A stretch of 64,000 bases of DNA from a virus, in IMG/VR virus record IMGVR_UViG_3300042691_019786. The stretch is one strand, 5' to 3'. This document shows positions 46,765-58,627 of the stretch, one piece after another. Under the pieces are notes generated by a model, which did no database searches, was not told the origin of the DNA, and saw nothing but the letters and a program-made list of their open reading frames with translations. A program made the translations under genes and the position numbers. Position 1 is the first letter of the stretch, and each line of letters begins with the position of its first letter.

Positions 46765-49455
46765 TTATCTTCTGTTTAATGGGTCGCAACAACCTATTGT
46801 ATTTTCTATTTTATCTTTTATATAATTATATATATACCCTTCTAATCCTAAATTTAAATCTGCAATACCAGCATTAGTTAATTGACAACCAAACCCTTTA
46901 ATGTTTGTGTAAGGGTCAGTTATTTGTGTTGGTATGGTATAATATGAAGGGCAATGACTCCCATCTGGTGTTACTAAAGCGTACCTACCATCACCATAAA
47001 AAGTTTTAAAAGTTAAATATTTGTTATTAGAACCAGCTGGAACTGTAGTTGGTTGTAAGATATCACCAGCAGTTATATTTCCATTATTATCAAAAAAATA
47101 TTCTCTTATAGTCCATTTACACGCTGCTGTACATCCACATTTATTACTTCCACAACAAATATTACCACTAGTAAACATATTAATAGCATCTGGTGTGTTT
47201 AACCCTTCTTGGAGTTGACTCTCAAAGAAAAACGATGTACCACCAAAAGATTTACAACATTCTTTATCTATAAAAATACTTTCATACTCACTAGCTGTGT
47301 TATTTTTAATTGGAACCCCTTTTGCATCTTTTTCATATAATTTAAACACATAAATACCAGTTGTTTCATCTAATGTTTTGCTTATTAAATTATCACATGG
47401 TAACTTACTTGAAATAGATTTATTAACACAAACTCTTAATATATCATCATCACCGTCACATGGACAACCACAAACACTTAATGTTTGTGTTGGCATTGGG
47501 TCTGGAATTACATCAGCTGTATAAACATAACACTTATCTAATTCATGTCCCATATCATCAACTACATCAATGTATGTTTGACCATTATAACCATTAATAA
47601 CACCTAAATTGTAATTTGTAAATAGATTACTAGAATTAATTACTTGTGCGCTAGTAGTGACTGTTACTGTTGAAAAATTAGGTATAAGCGTTCTAAATTG
47701 GTTAATATACATAGAACCACCATCATAAGGACCTACGTGAGGATTATTACCTAATAATATATCAATATCGGCCATTTGACCGCCAGTTTGTCTATACCAT
47801 AAACCATAATTTTGGAAGTACATATCCTCAGTATTTGGTAATGGTTTTGGGTAACCGTCAGAATCGACTGGATATAAAGTTAAATCCGTATCTAATCCAT
47901 TAGCATCTAACGTTTCAATAAATAAATCAATATCTATCGGTCCATCAGCTACGTAAATATGTTCATTAAAAGTTATTAACCCATTAGGTATACCTAAAAA
48001 TTTTAATAAGAACTCAACAGATTTTCTAGCACCTTTTGATTTCCAAATCCATGGTGAATTTAAAATTAATCTTCTCCATAATTCAATATCAACCTCAACT
48101 GGTGTCATACCTACTGATTGACCTTTATAGCTAGATTTCTCACTTTTTGTGAAAGTTTCTAATAAATCATCACCTAAAACCGAAGTTATTAATTCCCAAC
48201 CTAAAACTCTTGCCAAATCTTTTAAATATTTGTCTGGCATGTTGTTCTTTTTGTTGTATGTAACGACATGTGCAAAAGAAATACCTTTAATATATTTGTT
48301 TATGTCGTCAAACATCCTACCATAGATATTTAACGTTTTTGTTACTTTTTGTCCAGTAGTAGTGTCTTGGTGTAATTCATCTAAATGTACTGGTAATGTA
48401 TCAAAACTAGATATTGATTCAGACACCAAAAATCTAGCCATTAAGTTAGTTTCAACAGCGTCAAATTTGTTGACCATGTCTAATATTTCAGTTACATAGT
48501 CTTCATAATCGTTGCTATTAAATTCTAAATTGTAACCATCTTTTACTGGCCATGTTAGTGTTTTAGTTCTAGTTATTAATTGACCAGTTTCTGTTTTTTC
48601 TGGATATTCAAAACTTGTTGTATATTTTGGTATTGTCGTTAAATTTAGCAAATCTTTTTTCAACCCATCTAATGTGTTAAAAAATAGATTTGTTACTGAT
48701 GTTTTTGGTTTAATATGATACGTGATTGTTTGATATATAGTACCATTAGAAAAAGGGTCTCCAACAACTGTTAAATAAATATAATCATCAACAACATCGC
48801 TAGCACCAATAAAATCAATTATGTTATATTCAACGTCATTAACAAAAACACAATATTCTAAAAAATTAATAACTAAATCTCTAAGTTGATTTACTTCATT
48901 GAAAGTGTTAAGTAAAGTTCCAGTTTCAACATAATTAATGTCAAATTTGTTAATAAGAGCATTTGTACTTACTTTAAATGTTGATAAGTTTGTTAAAACA
49001 TCATACGAATAGTCTTCATATGTATTAGTGACAATACTATTAGATGGATTAATCGCATTAACATATAATGATGCTGGCCAATTGATAATGATATCTTCTA
49101 ACGTAACTCTAAAGTATTCACTCATTGAACCAAACAATGCATGGTTTTTAAGATTTGTTGAATCTAATCTTAAAACAGTTTTTGCGTTTGCTTTAACTAA
49201 TTGTTGAAATTGAGCTTCATTCGCAGTTAATTCATCAATAGTGTAAAACTTTGAAAAATTATTAGTAATATACTGTTTGTCTACTTTAGGGTCTAAATTT
49301 GTTGTCACGCTAAAGTTACCCATAGTGAATAAAACGTTACCACCATTGTTGGTTAACTGTAAACCAACTAGGTCTGGACTATATTCAGAGTATTCTATAT
49401 TTCTATTGTATATTGTTTTTTTAGAATACCCAGGTACTTTAATCTTTTTAGCCAT
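46765..49455 (-). CDS. putative baseplate wedge-like protein (gp7/P2 I-like domain)
   Basis: YLKDLARVLGW...LWRRL...WKSKGARKSVEFLL motif. Confidence 0.7.
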   Translation of the reverse strand: MAKKIKVPGYSKKTIYNRNIEYSEYSPDLVGLQLTNNGGNVLFTMGNFSVTTNLDPKVDKQYITNNFSKFYTIDELTANEAQFQQLVKANAKTVLRLDSTNLKNHALFGSMSEYFRVTLEDIIINWPASLYVNAINPSNSIVTNTYEDYSYDVLTNLSTFKVSTNALINKFDINYVETGTLLNTFNEVNQLRDLVINFLEYCVFVNDVEYNIIDFIGASDVVDDYIYLTVVGDPFSNGTIYQTITYHIKPKTSVTNLFFNTLDGLKKDLLNLTTIPKYTTSFEYPEKTETGQLITRTKTLTWPVKDGYNLEFNSNDYEDYVTEILDMVNKFDAVETNLMARFLVSESISSFDTLPVHLDELHQDTTTGQKVTKTLNIYGRMFDDINKYIKGISFAHVVTYNKKNNMPDKYLKDLARVLGWELITSVLGDDLLETFTKSEKSSYKGQSVGMTPVEVDIELWRRLILNSPWIWKSKGARKSVEFLLKFLGIPNGLITFNEHIYVADGPIDIDLFIETLDANGLDTDLTLYPVDSDGYPKPLPNTEDMYFQNYGLWYRQTGGQMADIDILLGNNPHVGPYDGGSMYINQFRTLIPNFSTVTVTTSAQVINSSNLFTNYNLGVINGYNGQTYIDVVDDMGHELDKCYVYTADVIPDPMPTQTLSVCGCPCDGDDDILRVCVNKSISSKLPCDNLISKTLDETTGIYVFKLYEKDAKGVPIKNNTASEYESIFIDKECCKSFGGTSFFFESQLQEGLNTPDAINMFTSGNICCGSNKCGCTAACKWTIREYFFDNNGNITAGDILQPTTVPAGSNNKYLTFKTFYGDGRYALVTPDGSHCPSYYTIPTQITDPYTNIKGFGCQLTNAGIADLNLGLEGYIYNYIKDKIENTIGCCDPLNRR

Positions 49456-49470
49456 TTATCAATTTAATTT

Positions 49471-50394
49471 TTAAATAGTTGTAATATTTGAAAATGCTTT
49501 TGAAAAATCAATAACATTTCTTTGTTCTCTAACTTCAAACAATTGTTTACCAGAAAACTGGTCTTTAATTTCATACAAGCTGTATTGTTTATAAATATTG
49601 TTACTAAAGTTATATATTGTATAAATACCATCTTCAATACTTTTTGTTTGATTTCCATACAATGCATATGCTAAAGTTTCAAAATCGTGTTCAACCATTT
49701 CAACTTCAAGCATTATTGGATTGAAAAATGTATTTGTAATAATAACTTGTTGATTGGGTTGTCCGATAAATGGCGTAGCGTTAGGTTTAACGTTAGGTGC
49801 TGACGAAGGAGTCAACGTACAAAAAATTAAACTAGAATTATCATTTAAACGATATCTAATAGCCTTTTGACTAGAGTTAGTTAAGTTTTGATTAACTGGT
49901 TCTGCTCTGTTGTTAGAAGTTATTATTCTATAAAAATTATTTATTTTAGCATCAGTTGTTGATGTAGATGAATTTAAATATTCAATTCTATAACCAGTTA
50001 ACCCATTATTCTCAAATTTATTTGCAAATTCAGTAGGTACGCTAGCAATATCAAATAAAATACCTTTAATATCTGGGTATGCCGATAAAACACCAACGTC
50101 AACAATTTTAACTCTGATTTCAGCTGGTCTGATAACAATAGTATAAAAACCTTTTGCTGAAAAATCAGAAACTGGTAATTTTAATGTATATACACCACCA
50201 AATATTTCAAATGTTGTTACATTTGATAATGATTTATTAGGGTTATCAACTTTTTGTAAAACATCAACTGAATTTAATTTAGTGAATGTAGGGTCATCAT
50301 TTTTATCTCTAGTTGGGGTAAAATGATAAAATATTTCAACATCTTCTGGTGAAATATCCGCTGGTCTTATTGTTCCGTATGTTCCAGTAGCCAT
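49471..50394 (-). CDS. conserved structural-region protein
   Basis: 307-aa ORF in baseplate operon. Confidence 0.75.
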   Translation of the reverse strand: MATGTYGTIRPADISPEDVEIFYHFTPTRDKNDDPTFTKLNSVDVLQKVDNPNKSLSNVTTFEIFGGVYTLKLPVSDFSAKGFYTIVIRPAEIRVKIVDVGVLSAYPDIKGILFDIASVPTEFANKFENNGLTGYRIEYLNSSTSTTDAKINNFYRIITSNNRAEPVNQNLTNSSQKAIRYRLNDNSSLIFCTLTPSSAPNVKPNATPFIGQPNQQVIITNTFFNPIMLEVEMVEHDFETLAYALYGNQTKSIEDGIYTIYNFSNNIYKQYSLYEIKDQFSGKQLFEVREQRNVIDFSKAFSNITTI

Positions 50395-50395
50395 A

Positions 50396-50533
50396 TTACT
50401 TTTTTATTTGTTTTATTTTAGCAACCATCATATCAATTTCATAATTTGATAGTTTATTTATTTCTTTTAAAGGTAATAACAAATGGTATGAAAGTAACCA
50501 CTTATTATTATATTCTTTTTCTTTTTCTGTCAT
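50396..50533 (-). CDS. 45-aa protein (MTEKEKEYNNKWLLSYHLLLPLKEINKLSNYEIDMMVAKIKQIKK), not in ORF track
   Basis: fills the gap between two structural genes, with 1- and 4-nt spacing. Confidence 0.6.
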   Translation of the reverse strand: MTEKEKEYNNKWLLSYHLLLPLKEINKLSNYEIDMMVAKIKQIKK

Positions 50534-50537
50534 ATTT

Positions 50538-51419
50538 TTATTGTCTTGTTACATTAAAATAACCACCGTTATAAGTTGCAATGTCCCCTAATGTTTTAAC
50601 TTCTGCCAATCTTAAATGGTTTTCAAAAACATTATTAACACCTCTTTCTATAAATACATCGTCATATACTTCTGGGACAGAAATCATACCTAATAAATAT
50701 TCTTCTTTTGTTAACCCACTTAATGAAATGTTAGTTCCGTTGAAACCTTCACCAATAAAATTAACAACTGTTAATGGTGTTACTTTTATAACGCTATCAA
50801 TAATTGTTGTTGTGGTTCTACCAGTATATTCAACATATCTTAACCCAGTTGTTTGATTATCAGTACCTAAATTACCGTCATTAATAGTGTCAAACACATA
50901 AACTTTTGGTTCTCCATATGATTTAATTCTATCAACACCTATTATTTGGTCTCCTTTATAATTTGTATATGTTTCTTTATTTACATCAAAATTAGTTCTA
51001 TATGGTAAATTTCTATTATATGATTTTAAATCTTCTAATTTACTATCTGTAGAACCAGTAACTACAGCGTTGGCATAATTATAATAATCTTTTTCAGCGT
51101 TTGTAGGATATCTTAAAACATATGATAAATTATATGGTGTGTTTAGATTAGTAAAAATAGGGTTAGGAACGTTTTTCATAAACGGAAACGTTATATTTAA
51201 CTTACTTAATTTATTTGTTAAAATAGTATAATCAACTGCTGAATTAGCTTTATCATATGTTATAAAGTCAATATCTGTATATAAACCCATATCATCCATT
51301 GTTTGCGTCAATAAAACTTTAATATAAAATGTATCGGCCGTCATAGCACCCCAACTTTTAGATTTGTCAGCTCTATCAGTATAGTCTTCTAAATTTATCG
51401 TTCTTTTAATAATTTCCAT
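50538..51419 (-). CDS. putative structural protein
   Basis: 293-aa ORF in baseplate operon. Confidence 0.7.
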   Translation of the reverse strand: MEIIKRTINLEDYTDRADKSKSWGAMTADTFYIKVLLTQTMDDMGLYTDIDFITYDKANSAVDYTILTNKLSKLNITFPFMKNVPNPIFTNLNTPYNLSYVLRYPTNAEKDYYNYANAVVTGSTDSKLEDLKSYNRNLPYRTNFDVNKETYTNYKGDQIIGVDRIKSYGEPKVYVFDTINDGNLGTDNQTTGLRYVEYTGRTTTTIIDSVIKVTPLTVVNFIGEGFNGTNISLSGLTKEEYLLGMISVPEVYDDVFIERGVNNVFENHLRLAEVKTLGDIATYNGGYFNVTRQ

Positions 51420-52246
51420 TACAATGCATTTATTTGATATAAGTTAACAATGACAGTTTCATTGTTGTAAGTTACATTATTGTTAGGTAAACTTAAACCA
51501 TTTCCTTGGTATGTTGAATCTATATAATAATTAAACCCAGTTGTTGTTCTGATAATTTTATATTTTGTATATAATTCTTTAACTAATTTATCAATATATT
51601 GTGGAGCGTTTTTAGTCATCATGTTTAAAACTTTACCAGTTTTAGCATTTTTAAAAACAGCTTTCATATATATATCTTTTGTTTGATTAATAGCTAATTG
51701 ATTTTTAAAATCATATATATAATAACCAGTTGAAATAGTGTTTTTACCTACAAATGGGTTTGTTAAAATAAATTTAACTTGTATTTGATTAGCTGGTTTA
51801 ACTTTACCGTTACTATCAAAGTCAATACTGTTTAAAACACAATTAATATTTATTTTATTAACCAATCTTTGTGTTAGTGGGTTGTCTGTATCATAAAATA
51901 ATAAATCAACTGAACTATATATAAAATTATTTTTTCTATTAGCTAATTCTTCGTTAGTGAAACCTATGTCACTATAAAAAGAAGAATACGTATTAGAATT
52001 ATTTAAAAAATTTAAATTATATATAACTGTATTTATTTGAGACCCACTAGTATTGACTGGTGAAAATCTAGTTTTTTCGTAATCAACAATTGGGTTGATG
52101 GAAGCTTCAACTTGCTCTTTAACAAACACATCTTCAATTAATTCATAATTATCAGCTACTTGAAAGTCTGTTTGAAAAGGAACTGGTAAATAAATAAAAT
52201 CAGAACCTAAATTCTTGCTGTTTATTGTAAATTTTTTAACATACAT
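51419..52246 (-). CDS. putative structural protein
   Basis: 275-aa ORF, translationally coupled. Confidence 0.7.
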   Translation of the reverse strand: MYVKKFTINSKNLGSDFIYLPVPFQTDFQVADNYELIEDVFVKEQVEASINPIVDYEKTRFSPVNTSGSQINTVIYNLNFLNNSNTYSSFYSDIGFTNEELANRKNNFIYSSVDLLFYDTDNPLTQRLVNKININCVLNSIDFDSNGKVKPANQIQVKFILTNPFVGKNTISTGYYIYDFKNQLAINQTKDIYMKAVFKNAKTGKVLNMMTKNAPQYIDKLVKELYTKYKIIRTTTGFNYYIDSTYQGNGLSLPNNNVTYNNETVIVNLYQINAL

Positions 52247-54068
52247 CTTCTGTTGGTGTAATATTATATTTATCTGTTATTCTATTACCTAAATAGTCTG
52301 ATGGAAATTTTGACCAATATAATTTCCATATACCAAATGGGTCTTGTCTTTTAACTTTAAACATATAATTGTTATACAAATAATGAGCGCCATTTAAGAA
52401 TGGATAATCAATAGCTGTTTCATCACTATCATTTTGACCAATATCTAACATGTCTCTCCATATAATTCTACCATCACCTAAATTTGTCGCATAACTTGGG
52501 ATATCTGTGGTAAATTCATCACCTTGTTCTACATAATTAGAAAATACTCTAATTACAGATTGATAATGAGCTCTATAATAATATCCTTCGTGTCTAGGTC
52601 CTAAATTAATTGTAACTGTTGGTTGTCCAGATGTTTTTGTAGTCCTTTCACTTATATAATTTAATGTTGATGGAGTTTCTCTATTCAACGTGTTAAATCT
52701 ATAAAAAACTTCTTCTAATTTAGTTTCATTTAATGTTTTTTTGTTGTATTCAACTAAATCACCATAAAAGTCATTGTTACCTTGTATAGAATTGTTGTTA
52801 TCTATCTGTACAGTCGTTTCTAACGGCTTAAAAGATGTAAAAGGTGTGTTAACCCCATTGTGAATTTTTTGTATCACTGGGACGTTTAAAATGTGTTGTG
52901 GAATATTGTTTAAATCATAAACTGAAAAATAAGGTAATTCTAACCCAGATGAAACTCTAGAAAATAAATTATTACTACTAGTTTTGATTATTGTTAAGTA
53001 TAGTTCGCTTAATGGTCTACCTAAATTATCTTTTAAATTTGTAACGTCAATATCTTCGTTAAAAATAAATTGTTGTAATTTATCGTTAAATAAGTTTTGT
53101 GAAAAACTTGCGTTATAGATATCGTAGTCATCTGTTTCAATTGTGATTGTTGATTTGGTTTTTATCTTTTTAAATTTTCTAAAATAATAAATACATTCTT
53201 CATCATCTATCATTTTTTTCATTCTAGAATTTGCTGTTAAAATACCAGTTGTAGGTATATCTAATACAAAACAATAATCTTTTAGTTGATTTGCTGAGTC
53301 ACCTAGTGAATAGATTTCGTAATCACCGTTAAACCCATTTGTACCTACTAATCTAACCGTATCGCCAATATTTAAATTATGACGACATGGGATTTTAAAA
53401 ACTGTCATTTGTTTATCAGATATAGTCACAGATTCAATATCAACAATTAATAACCCTCCAGAAACCATAGAATGTTTATCATCTATAGAACTAGGATAAG
53501 TAATTGTTAATTCCCAATTTTTAACGCTTTTTAAATTGTTGGTGTTATGGAATGGGTTATAATCTGGTAAAAAACTAAATCTATTCCTAGTTGGTTCCAT
53601 GTCATAATATTTACAATTTTCAGTTACGTCAGAACTATAATAACCAAACCAACCATCTCTTTCGGTTAAAAAATTATCTATAGCTGTAGGATATGTGTTA
53701 TCGTTACTATCAGCATTATTATTATCTTTTGGATAAGATAAATCTAAAAAATCTGACATAGAGTTAAACCCAGCCAATGTGAATTTATCTGATTTTAACG
53801 AATCAGATAAATTAAATAATACATTTGATATAAAAGGGTTTATAGTACCTAAAATCCTATACGATTTACTACCTTGTCTTTCTTTATTAAACTGGTCATC
53901 AACATCAACTATTTTGTAAATTTCATTATTTGGTATTAATCTACTAGTGTTTTGTAAATTAACTTTAACAAAATTATCAACGTTAACAGATTCCTTTGAC
54001 GTTTGACTATTTAACCTTTGTCTTATTCTATCATCACTCATAATTAACCATTTATTACTATTGAACAA
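52236..54068 (-). CDS. putative baseplate structural protein (start possibly at 54041)
   Basis: ~600-aa ORF in operon. Confidence 0.7.
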   Translation of the reverse strand: MFNSNKWLIMSDDRIRQRLNSQTSKESVNVDNFVKVNLQNTSRLIPNNEIYKIVDVDDQFNKERQGSKSYRILGTINPFISNVLFNLSDSLKSDKFTLAGFNSMSDFLDLSYPKDNNNADSNDNTYPTAIDNFLTERDGWFGYYSSDVTENCKYYDMEPTRNRFSFLPDYNPFHNTNNLKSVKNWELTITYPSSIDDKHSMVSGGLLIVDIESVTISDKQMTVFKIPCRHNLNIGDTVRLVGTNGFNGDYEIYSLGDSANQLKDYCFVLDIPTTGILTANSRMKKMIDDEECIYYFRKFKKIKTKSTITIETDDYDIYNASFSQNLFNDKLQQFIFNEDIDVTNLKDNLGRPLSELYLTIIKTSSNNLFSRVSSGLELPYFSVYDLNNIPQHILNVPVIQKIHNGVNTPFTSFKPLETTVQIDNNNSIQGNNDFYGDLVEYNKKTLNETKLEEVFYRFNTLNRETPSTLNYISERTTKTSGQPTVTINLGPRHEGYYYRAHYQSVIRVFSNYVEQGDEFTTDIPSYATNLGDGRIIWRDMLDIGQNDSDETAIDYPFLNGAHYLYNNYMFKVKRQDPFGIWKLYWSKFPSDYLGNRITDKYNITPTEDVC

Positions 54069-57000
54069 CCTACACTATCAGTAACTGTATCACTTACTGT
54101 TGAAGGTGAAGGGCATGATGCACCAGTACCAGCAGCATATGTTGTATTTAAATTATATGGTGTTGCTGTTAATGAACCAATACCACCATTAGCCGACACT
54201 TTAAATTCACAAGTTTGTATATTATTAGGTGTTGTTGTTGTTCTAGTTATTGTACCGTTTAATTCAACAGCTGGTACTGTTAAGTTAAGTTCTTTGGTAG
54301 TCTCACAACCAACTTTATCTATTAATGTTAAATTTATTTTAACATTTGTTCCAGTGAATGACGAACCTAAACTTTCAATATACGTGTAAGTTTGTTGAAC
54401 ATTATTTATTGTAACAGTTTTTTCTGCACCATTATTTATTTTGTATTTTAAAGTATATGGTAATCTTTGTGTGTATGGCACTAAAGATGCGTCAATATGT
54501 GATATACCAAAATTAAAAGTAACTGTTTGTCTACTACATTGTTTTGTGTTATTTCTATCTTTAATTTCCAATGCAACATTAGGTAATTCTATTTCACTCT
54601 TATTAAGTTTTACCCATGAATTACCATCTTGAAGACATCTTAACTTAGTATCAGTAAAATATTGATTTGTCAAATAAACATTCATTTTAGAGTTACTTGC
54701 TAATTCTGATTTAGGAATTTCAAAATACGTTTGTTGGTTATTAACATACGGTATTGTTACTACTTTATCTTTACCACCAATTTCATAAACAATATAAACA
54801 TTATTGTTTATTACACCACTTGCTATATCTATAGGTATTATATATTTATTTGGGTCACATTGTTTAGCTAATAAAGCAGCTGAAGGTTTTGTAGCTTTTA
54901 ATTCTGGTGTTAAATGTTTAATAATCACAGAAATTGATGATGTAGTATTTACAGCATCAGTCACTGTTATATTATATTGACCAGCAAGTAATTCAATTAA
55001 TTTAACATTAGAGCCATTAACGCTTACTTCTTGTTTGGTATAATTATTTGGTCCAGTTATATCGTATTTGTAAGGTACTTTACCACCATTAACTGTTATT
55101 ATAATACCTTCTGTAACTGATGTTCTACCGCCAAAACATTGAATGTCAACGTGAGATTCAGTAATGACCAAAGGTGTTGGTCCTATAATTATTAAGTCTT
55201 TAATCTCTACAGTAGTATTGCAAGAATCTTTAACTACTAATTTATAACCACTACCTTTACTATCTGACACTAAATTTCCAATTTCAAAAGGTATTTGTGT
55301 TACTGTAACCGAACCAGAAGTTATTGATTTACCATCGCTATTGAATAATTGATAAGTATATCCACCACAACCACCATTAACACCAGTTATTGTTATAATA
55401 CCATCACCAACTGTTGCGTTTGTAGCATTTTTAGTTACACTAGCTGACGCTGATAATTTAGGTGGACCAGCAATCGTTGTTGATTGTTTAGTTGAATTAC
55501 CATTTTTATCAACAACTGTTATTGTATAAGTACCGACAGCTAAATTTGGTACTGATATATTAGTATTACTAGAATTAATTGTACCACTTTTATTATAAGC
55601 ATTTGGTCCACTAATAATATAAGTATATGGTGCAGTACCGTATAGTACACTAAATGTGATTGAACCAGTTGGGTTGGTGATTGACGCACCAACAGATGCT
55701 GCTTTAATAGTTAAAGTTTCTGTTATAGTTCTTGGACAGATACCAAAATATCTTTGATTTAATTTTTCAATTGCAGTTGCACCTGGCATTAAACCAAAAT
55801 AGAAAAAATATGAATGTTTAGGTTGTGTAAAAATATTTTCACCACCATAACCTCTAAATTTTGCATATTCGACACCATTATCAGTACTACTATTAAAATT
55901 GTATGTAGGTTTACCGTATTTACCGTTTTGGTTTATTATGTTAAAATTAGTATTATGTGGTACTAAAGGGAATTTATATTTAGGTGCTGATGGTTTTAAA
56001 TAAGTCAAATCTTTATTTAAATCATAAAACACATTTCTAAAATAAATACCAGTATCATCATCCATTGTTGTGTGATTTAACCAACCATTAGGTTTTACTG
56101 TAACACCGTTTACTTCTATCGCATCATCTGTTGTTACTCCATATTCACATATATGTCTAACATTTAAACATTGTCTATAATCCATCACAATACCTAGACA
56201 GTTAATGTCAAAAAATAAACCTAGTAATTCATCACCTTGTTCAACCATACCAGTTGATTCAACAGAAGTTTTATCATCTGGGTTTTCAAATTCAGCTGTT
56301 AGTGGTGGTAATTTATATGTTGTTGTTTGTAATAATCTATAAATACTAGGCATACCTTGCCAGTCACATGTCTCTGTTGAACCTAGTAATACTATATCGG
56401 TAGCAAAAAGTTTATATTTAACATCATGCATACTTGCTGCATAATATAACACATCATCAACTTTTGTATCTTTAAAGAAAATTTCAACATTCTTAACTAC
56501 ACCATCTGCTATCCCACCACTATCAAATGTTTTATCTTCTGAACCATTCCATCTTAGAAAATCGGTTGGGTCACCATTATAGCATGAATCTAATAAATAA
56601 TTAGTATAACATGAATTATCTCTGTTACCATCTTTATCAGTGTCAACACCGCTATCCGCTCCACGACCTTTAAAATCTTCACAATCATATTCACAGAATT
56701 TAGTTTTACCTTTTCTTTTTTTCTTGAATTTAACTATAAATGCATATAAAGAACCATTAACCCAATCATTATAAAAATCAAATCTAAAAACGTTTAAAGC
56801 TTCAGCTAATTGAGATTGTAAACAATCATCTGCACCAGCAAAAACATCGTCCCATGAATTAACTCCATCACCTGGATAAAACACAGTTTTTTTACCTTGA
56901 TTATCTTGTTGTAACACTTCTAACCCCTTACCGAAATAACAACCTGGGGCGTATGTGTCACCTTCTGATGATGGACATTGTATTGAAAGACAAGGTATAT

Positions 57001-58627
57001 ATGGTAGTATATTACTACAGTCACAACAAGTATTTTTTGGAGGGTCACCTTTATCCGCAATACAGTAATCACATTTATTAACATCTAATAACCAAGTAGG
57101 GAAAGCACCTAATATTACACCAATACCAAATATAATAACACAAATAACAGCTAAAATAGCGTTAAGTATACGCATTACTAAGTTTAATATAGGTATTAAA
57201 ACTGAGTTTACAGCAACTATGATACTTAACATAATTGTTAATAAAATACATAAAAATCCATATAAAGGGTCCCCAGATGAATCTACTCTATTATATGGGA
57301 ATGGGTTTTTATCTCCAGTACAAGCATTCACATCTTTAATACCGACAAAGTTTCTAACGTTAAGTTTTGACGCTTGATATCTAGAAATTAAAGAACTTAC
57401 TGTGTATATTTTATTCCAATATAATGACCTAAAACTAGTTGGTTTGGTATTTGTACCAAACTCATAATCAATTTCAGCTTCAGTTTCTGGATTGTTTGGA
57501 ACTAGGAATTTAGCTCTGGCTCTTTTATCTAAATCACCAGCTGGATTCATACCTATTCTGAACCTAACGTTTGCTCTAGTTGCAATACCTATACTAGGGT
57601 TATCCGATGGGACTAATTGACCAAATTCGTCTGTAACTACATAATCTAAGTTCATCGGTATTTGATAAGCCCAAGTTCCATCTTCATCAATTAGTTCACC
57701 ACCATCCACATCAAATTGTTCTATATTACCATCTGATGTTTCTCGTATCATTTCTATTCTACCAGTAGTTGTTATTTGGTCACATAATGTACCCATAGCT
57801 CTTCTTGGTCTACATCTTTTACTTACACCATCAGTGTCTGAATCACTAAAAATAGAACCAATAAAAATAGCGTTTGATTTAATATTCAAATTCATATCTA
57901 AATCAACTCTAGTAATTCCAATTTCACATGTTTCAGTATCACCCCAAAATGGTTGTACGTTAACACTAGTATTTAATGATTTAACTTGTACAAGACTATC
58001 TAAATTTTTACTATATTTAAACTTTTGGTTTGAATCAAAGAATTTTTCTGGCGTTCCAGCGGCAATTAAATCATAAGGTTTTTGAGATGCCATACCAATA
58101 TCTGAAATATCAACATCAGCATGTATCGTATGTGTTCCTACTGGTACACCAAATAACATAAAATCACCAGACGCATTTGTTGTTGCTGTAAATTTATAAT
58201 ATTTTGTAAAGATATACTCTAATTCTGGATTGTCTAAAATTTCCCTTTTACTAGGCATTGTACCTACTGGTGTATAACAAGGGTCATTTTTTTCATTATA
58301 TTTAGGGAATAAGTTGTATCTTATACCATCTAAATCTTTATCATTAACTATTTCGTAAGGGTATAGTGATTTAATTAATGGGTTTTCTTTATCTATATCG
58401 TCTATAGGTATAAAAATACTTACTTTAGCGTTTGGTACCCCAAATCCATTGTTTACTATAACACGACCTATAACAACACCATAATCAGAGCAAAAATTTC
58501 TATAAGCTTCTTCTTGCGTGATTTTTAAACTAAGTGTTTCTAAATAATCAAACTCTTGGTCTATTTTTACTTTTAAATAGTTATCACCACCATTAGGTGT
58601 TGTCCTTATTCTAATAGTTTTTGACAT
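54044..58627 (-). CDS. 1527-aa virion protein with internal hydrophobic hairpin and C-terminal SprB-like repeats
   Basis: carboxypeptidase-regulatory-like N-terminus (GVVIGRV...PNAKVSIF); ~60-aa hydrophobic stretch; GG..PY.Y...L..G.Y.ITV.D repeats. Confidence 0.7.
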   Translation of the reverse strand: MSKTIRIRTTPNGGDNYLKVKIDQEFDYLETLSLKITQEEAYRNFCSDYGVVIGRVIVNNGFGVPNAKVSIFIPIDDIDKENPLIKSLYPYEIVNDKDLDGIRYNLFPKYNEKNDPCYTPVGTMPSKREILDNPELEYIFTKYYKFTATTNASGDFMLFGVPVGTHTIHADVDISDIGMASQKPYDLIAAGTPEKFFDSNQKFKYSKNLDSLVQVKSLNTSVNVQPFWGDTETCEIGITRVDLDMNLNIKSNAIFIGSIFSDSDTDGVSKRCRPRRAMGTLCDQITTTGRIEMIRETSDGNIEQFDVDGGELIDEDGTWAYQIPMNLDYVVTDEFGQLVPSDNPSIGIATRANVRFRIGMNPAGDLDKRARAKFLVPNNPETEAEIDYEFGTNTKPTSFRSLYWNKIYTVSSLISRYQASKLNVRNFVGIKDVNACTGDKNPFPYNRVDSSGDPLYGFLCILLTIMLSIIVAVNSVLIPILNLVMRILNAILAVICVIIFGIGVILGAFPTWLLDVNKCDYCIADKGDPPKNTCCDCSNILPYIPCLSIQCPSSEGDTYAPGCYFGKGLEVLQQDNQGKKTVFYPGDGVNSWDDVFAGADDCLQSQLAEALNVFRFDFYNDWVNGSLYAFIVKFKKKRKGKTKFCEYDCEDFKGRGADSGVDTDKDGNRDNSCYTNYLLDSCYNGDPTDFLRWNGSEDKTFDSGGIADGVVKNVEIFFKDTKVDDVLYYAASMHDVKYKLFATDIVLLGSTETCDWQGMPSIYRLLQTTTYKLPPLTAEFENPDDKTSVESTGMVEQGDELLGLFFDINCLGIVMDYRQCLNVRHICEYGVTTDDAIEVNGVTVKPNGWLNHTTMDDDTGIYFRNVFYDLNKDLTYLKPSAPKYKFPLVPHNTNFNIINQNGKYGKPTYNFNSSTDNGVEYAKFRGYGGENIFTQPKHSYFFYFGLMPGATAIEKLNQRYFGICPRTITETLTIKAASVGASITNPTGSITFSVLYGTAPYTYIISGPNAYNKSGTINSSNTNISVPNLAVGTYTITVVDKNGNSTKQSTTIAGPPKLSASASVTKNATNATVGDGIITITGVNGGCGGYTYQLFNSDGKSITSGSVTVTQIPFEIGNLVSDSKGSGYKLVVKDSCNTTVEIKDLIIIGPTPLVITESHVDIQCFGGRTSVTEGIIITVNGGKVPYKYDITGPNNYTKQEVSVNGSNVKLIELLAGQYNITVTDAVNTTSSISVIIKHLTPELKATKPSAALLAKQCDPNKYIIPIDIASGVINNNVYIVYEIGGKDKVVTIPYVNNQQTYFEIPKSELASNSKMNVYLTNQYFTDTKLRCLQDGNSWVKLNKSEIELPNVALEIKDRNNTKQCSRQTVTFNFGISHIDASLVPYTQRLPYTLKYKINNGAEKTVTINNVQQTYTYIESLGSSFTGTNVKINLTLIDKVGCETTKELNLTVPAVELNGTITRTTTTPNNIQTCEFKVSANGGIGSLTATPYNLNTTYAAGTGASCPSPSTVSDTVTDSVGCSIVING

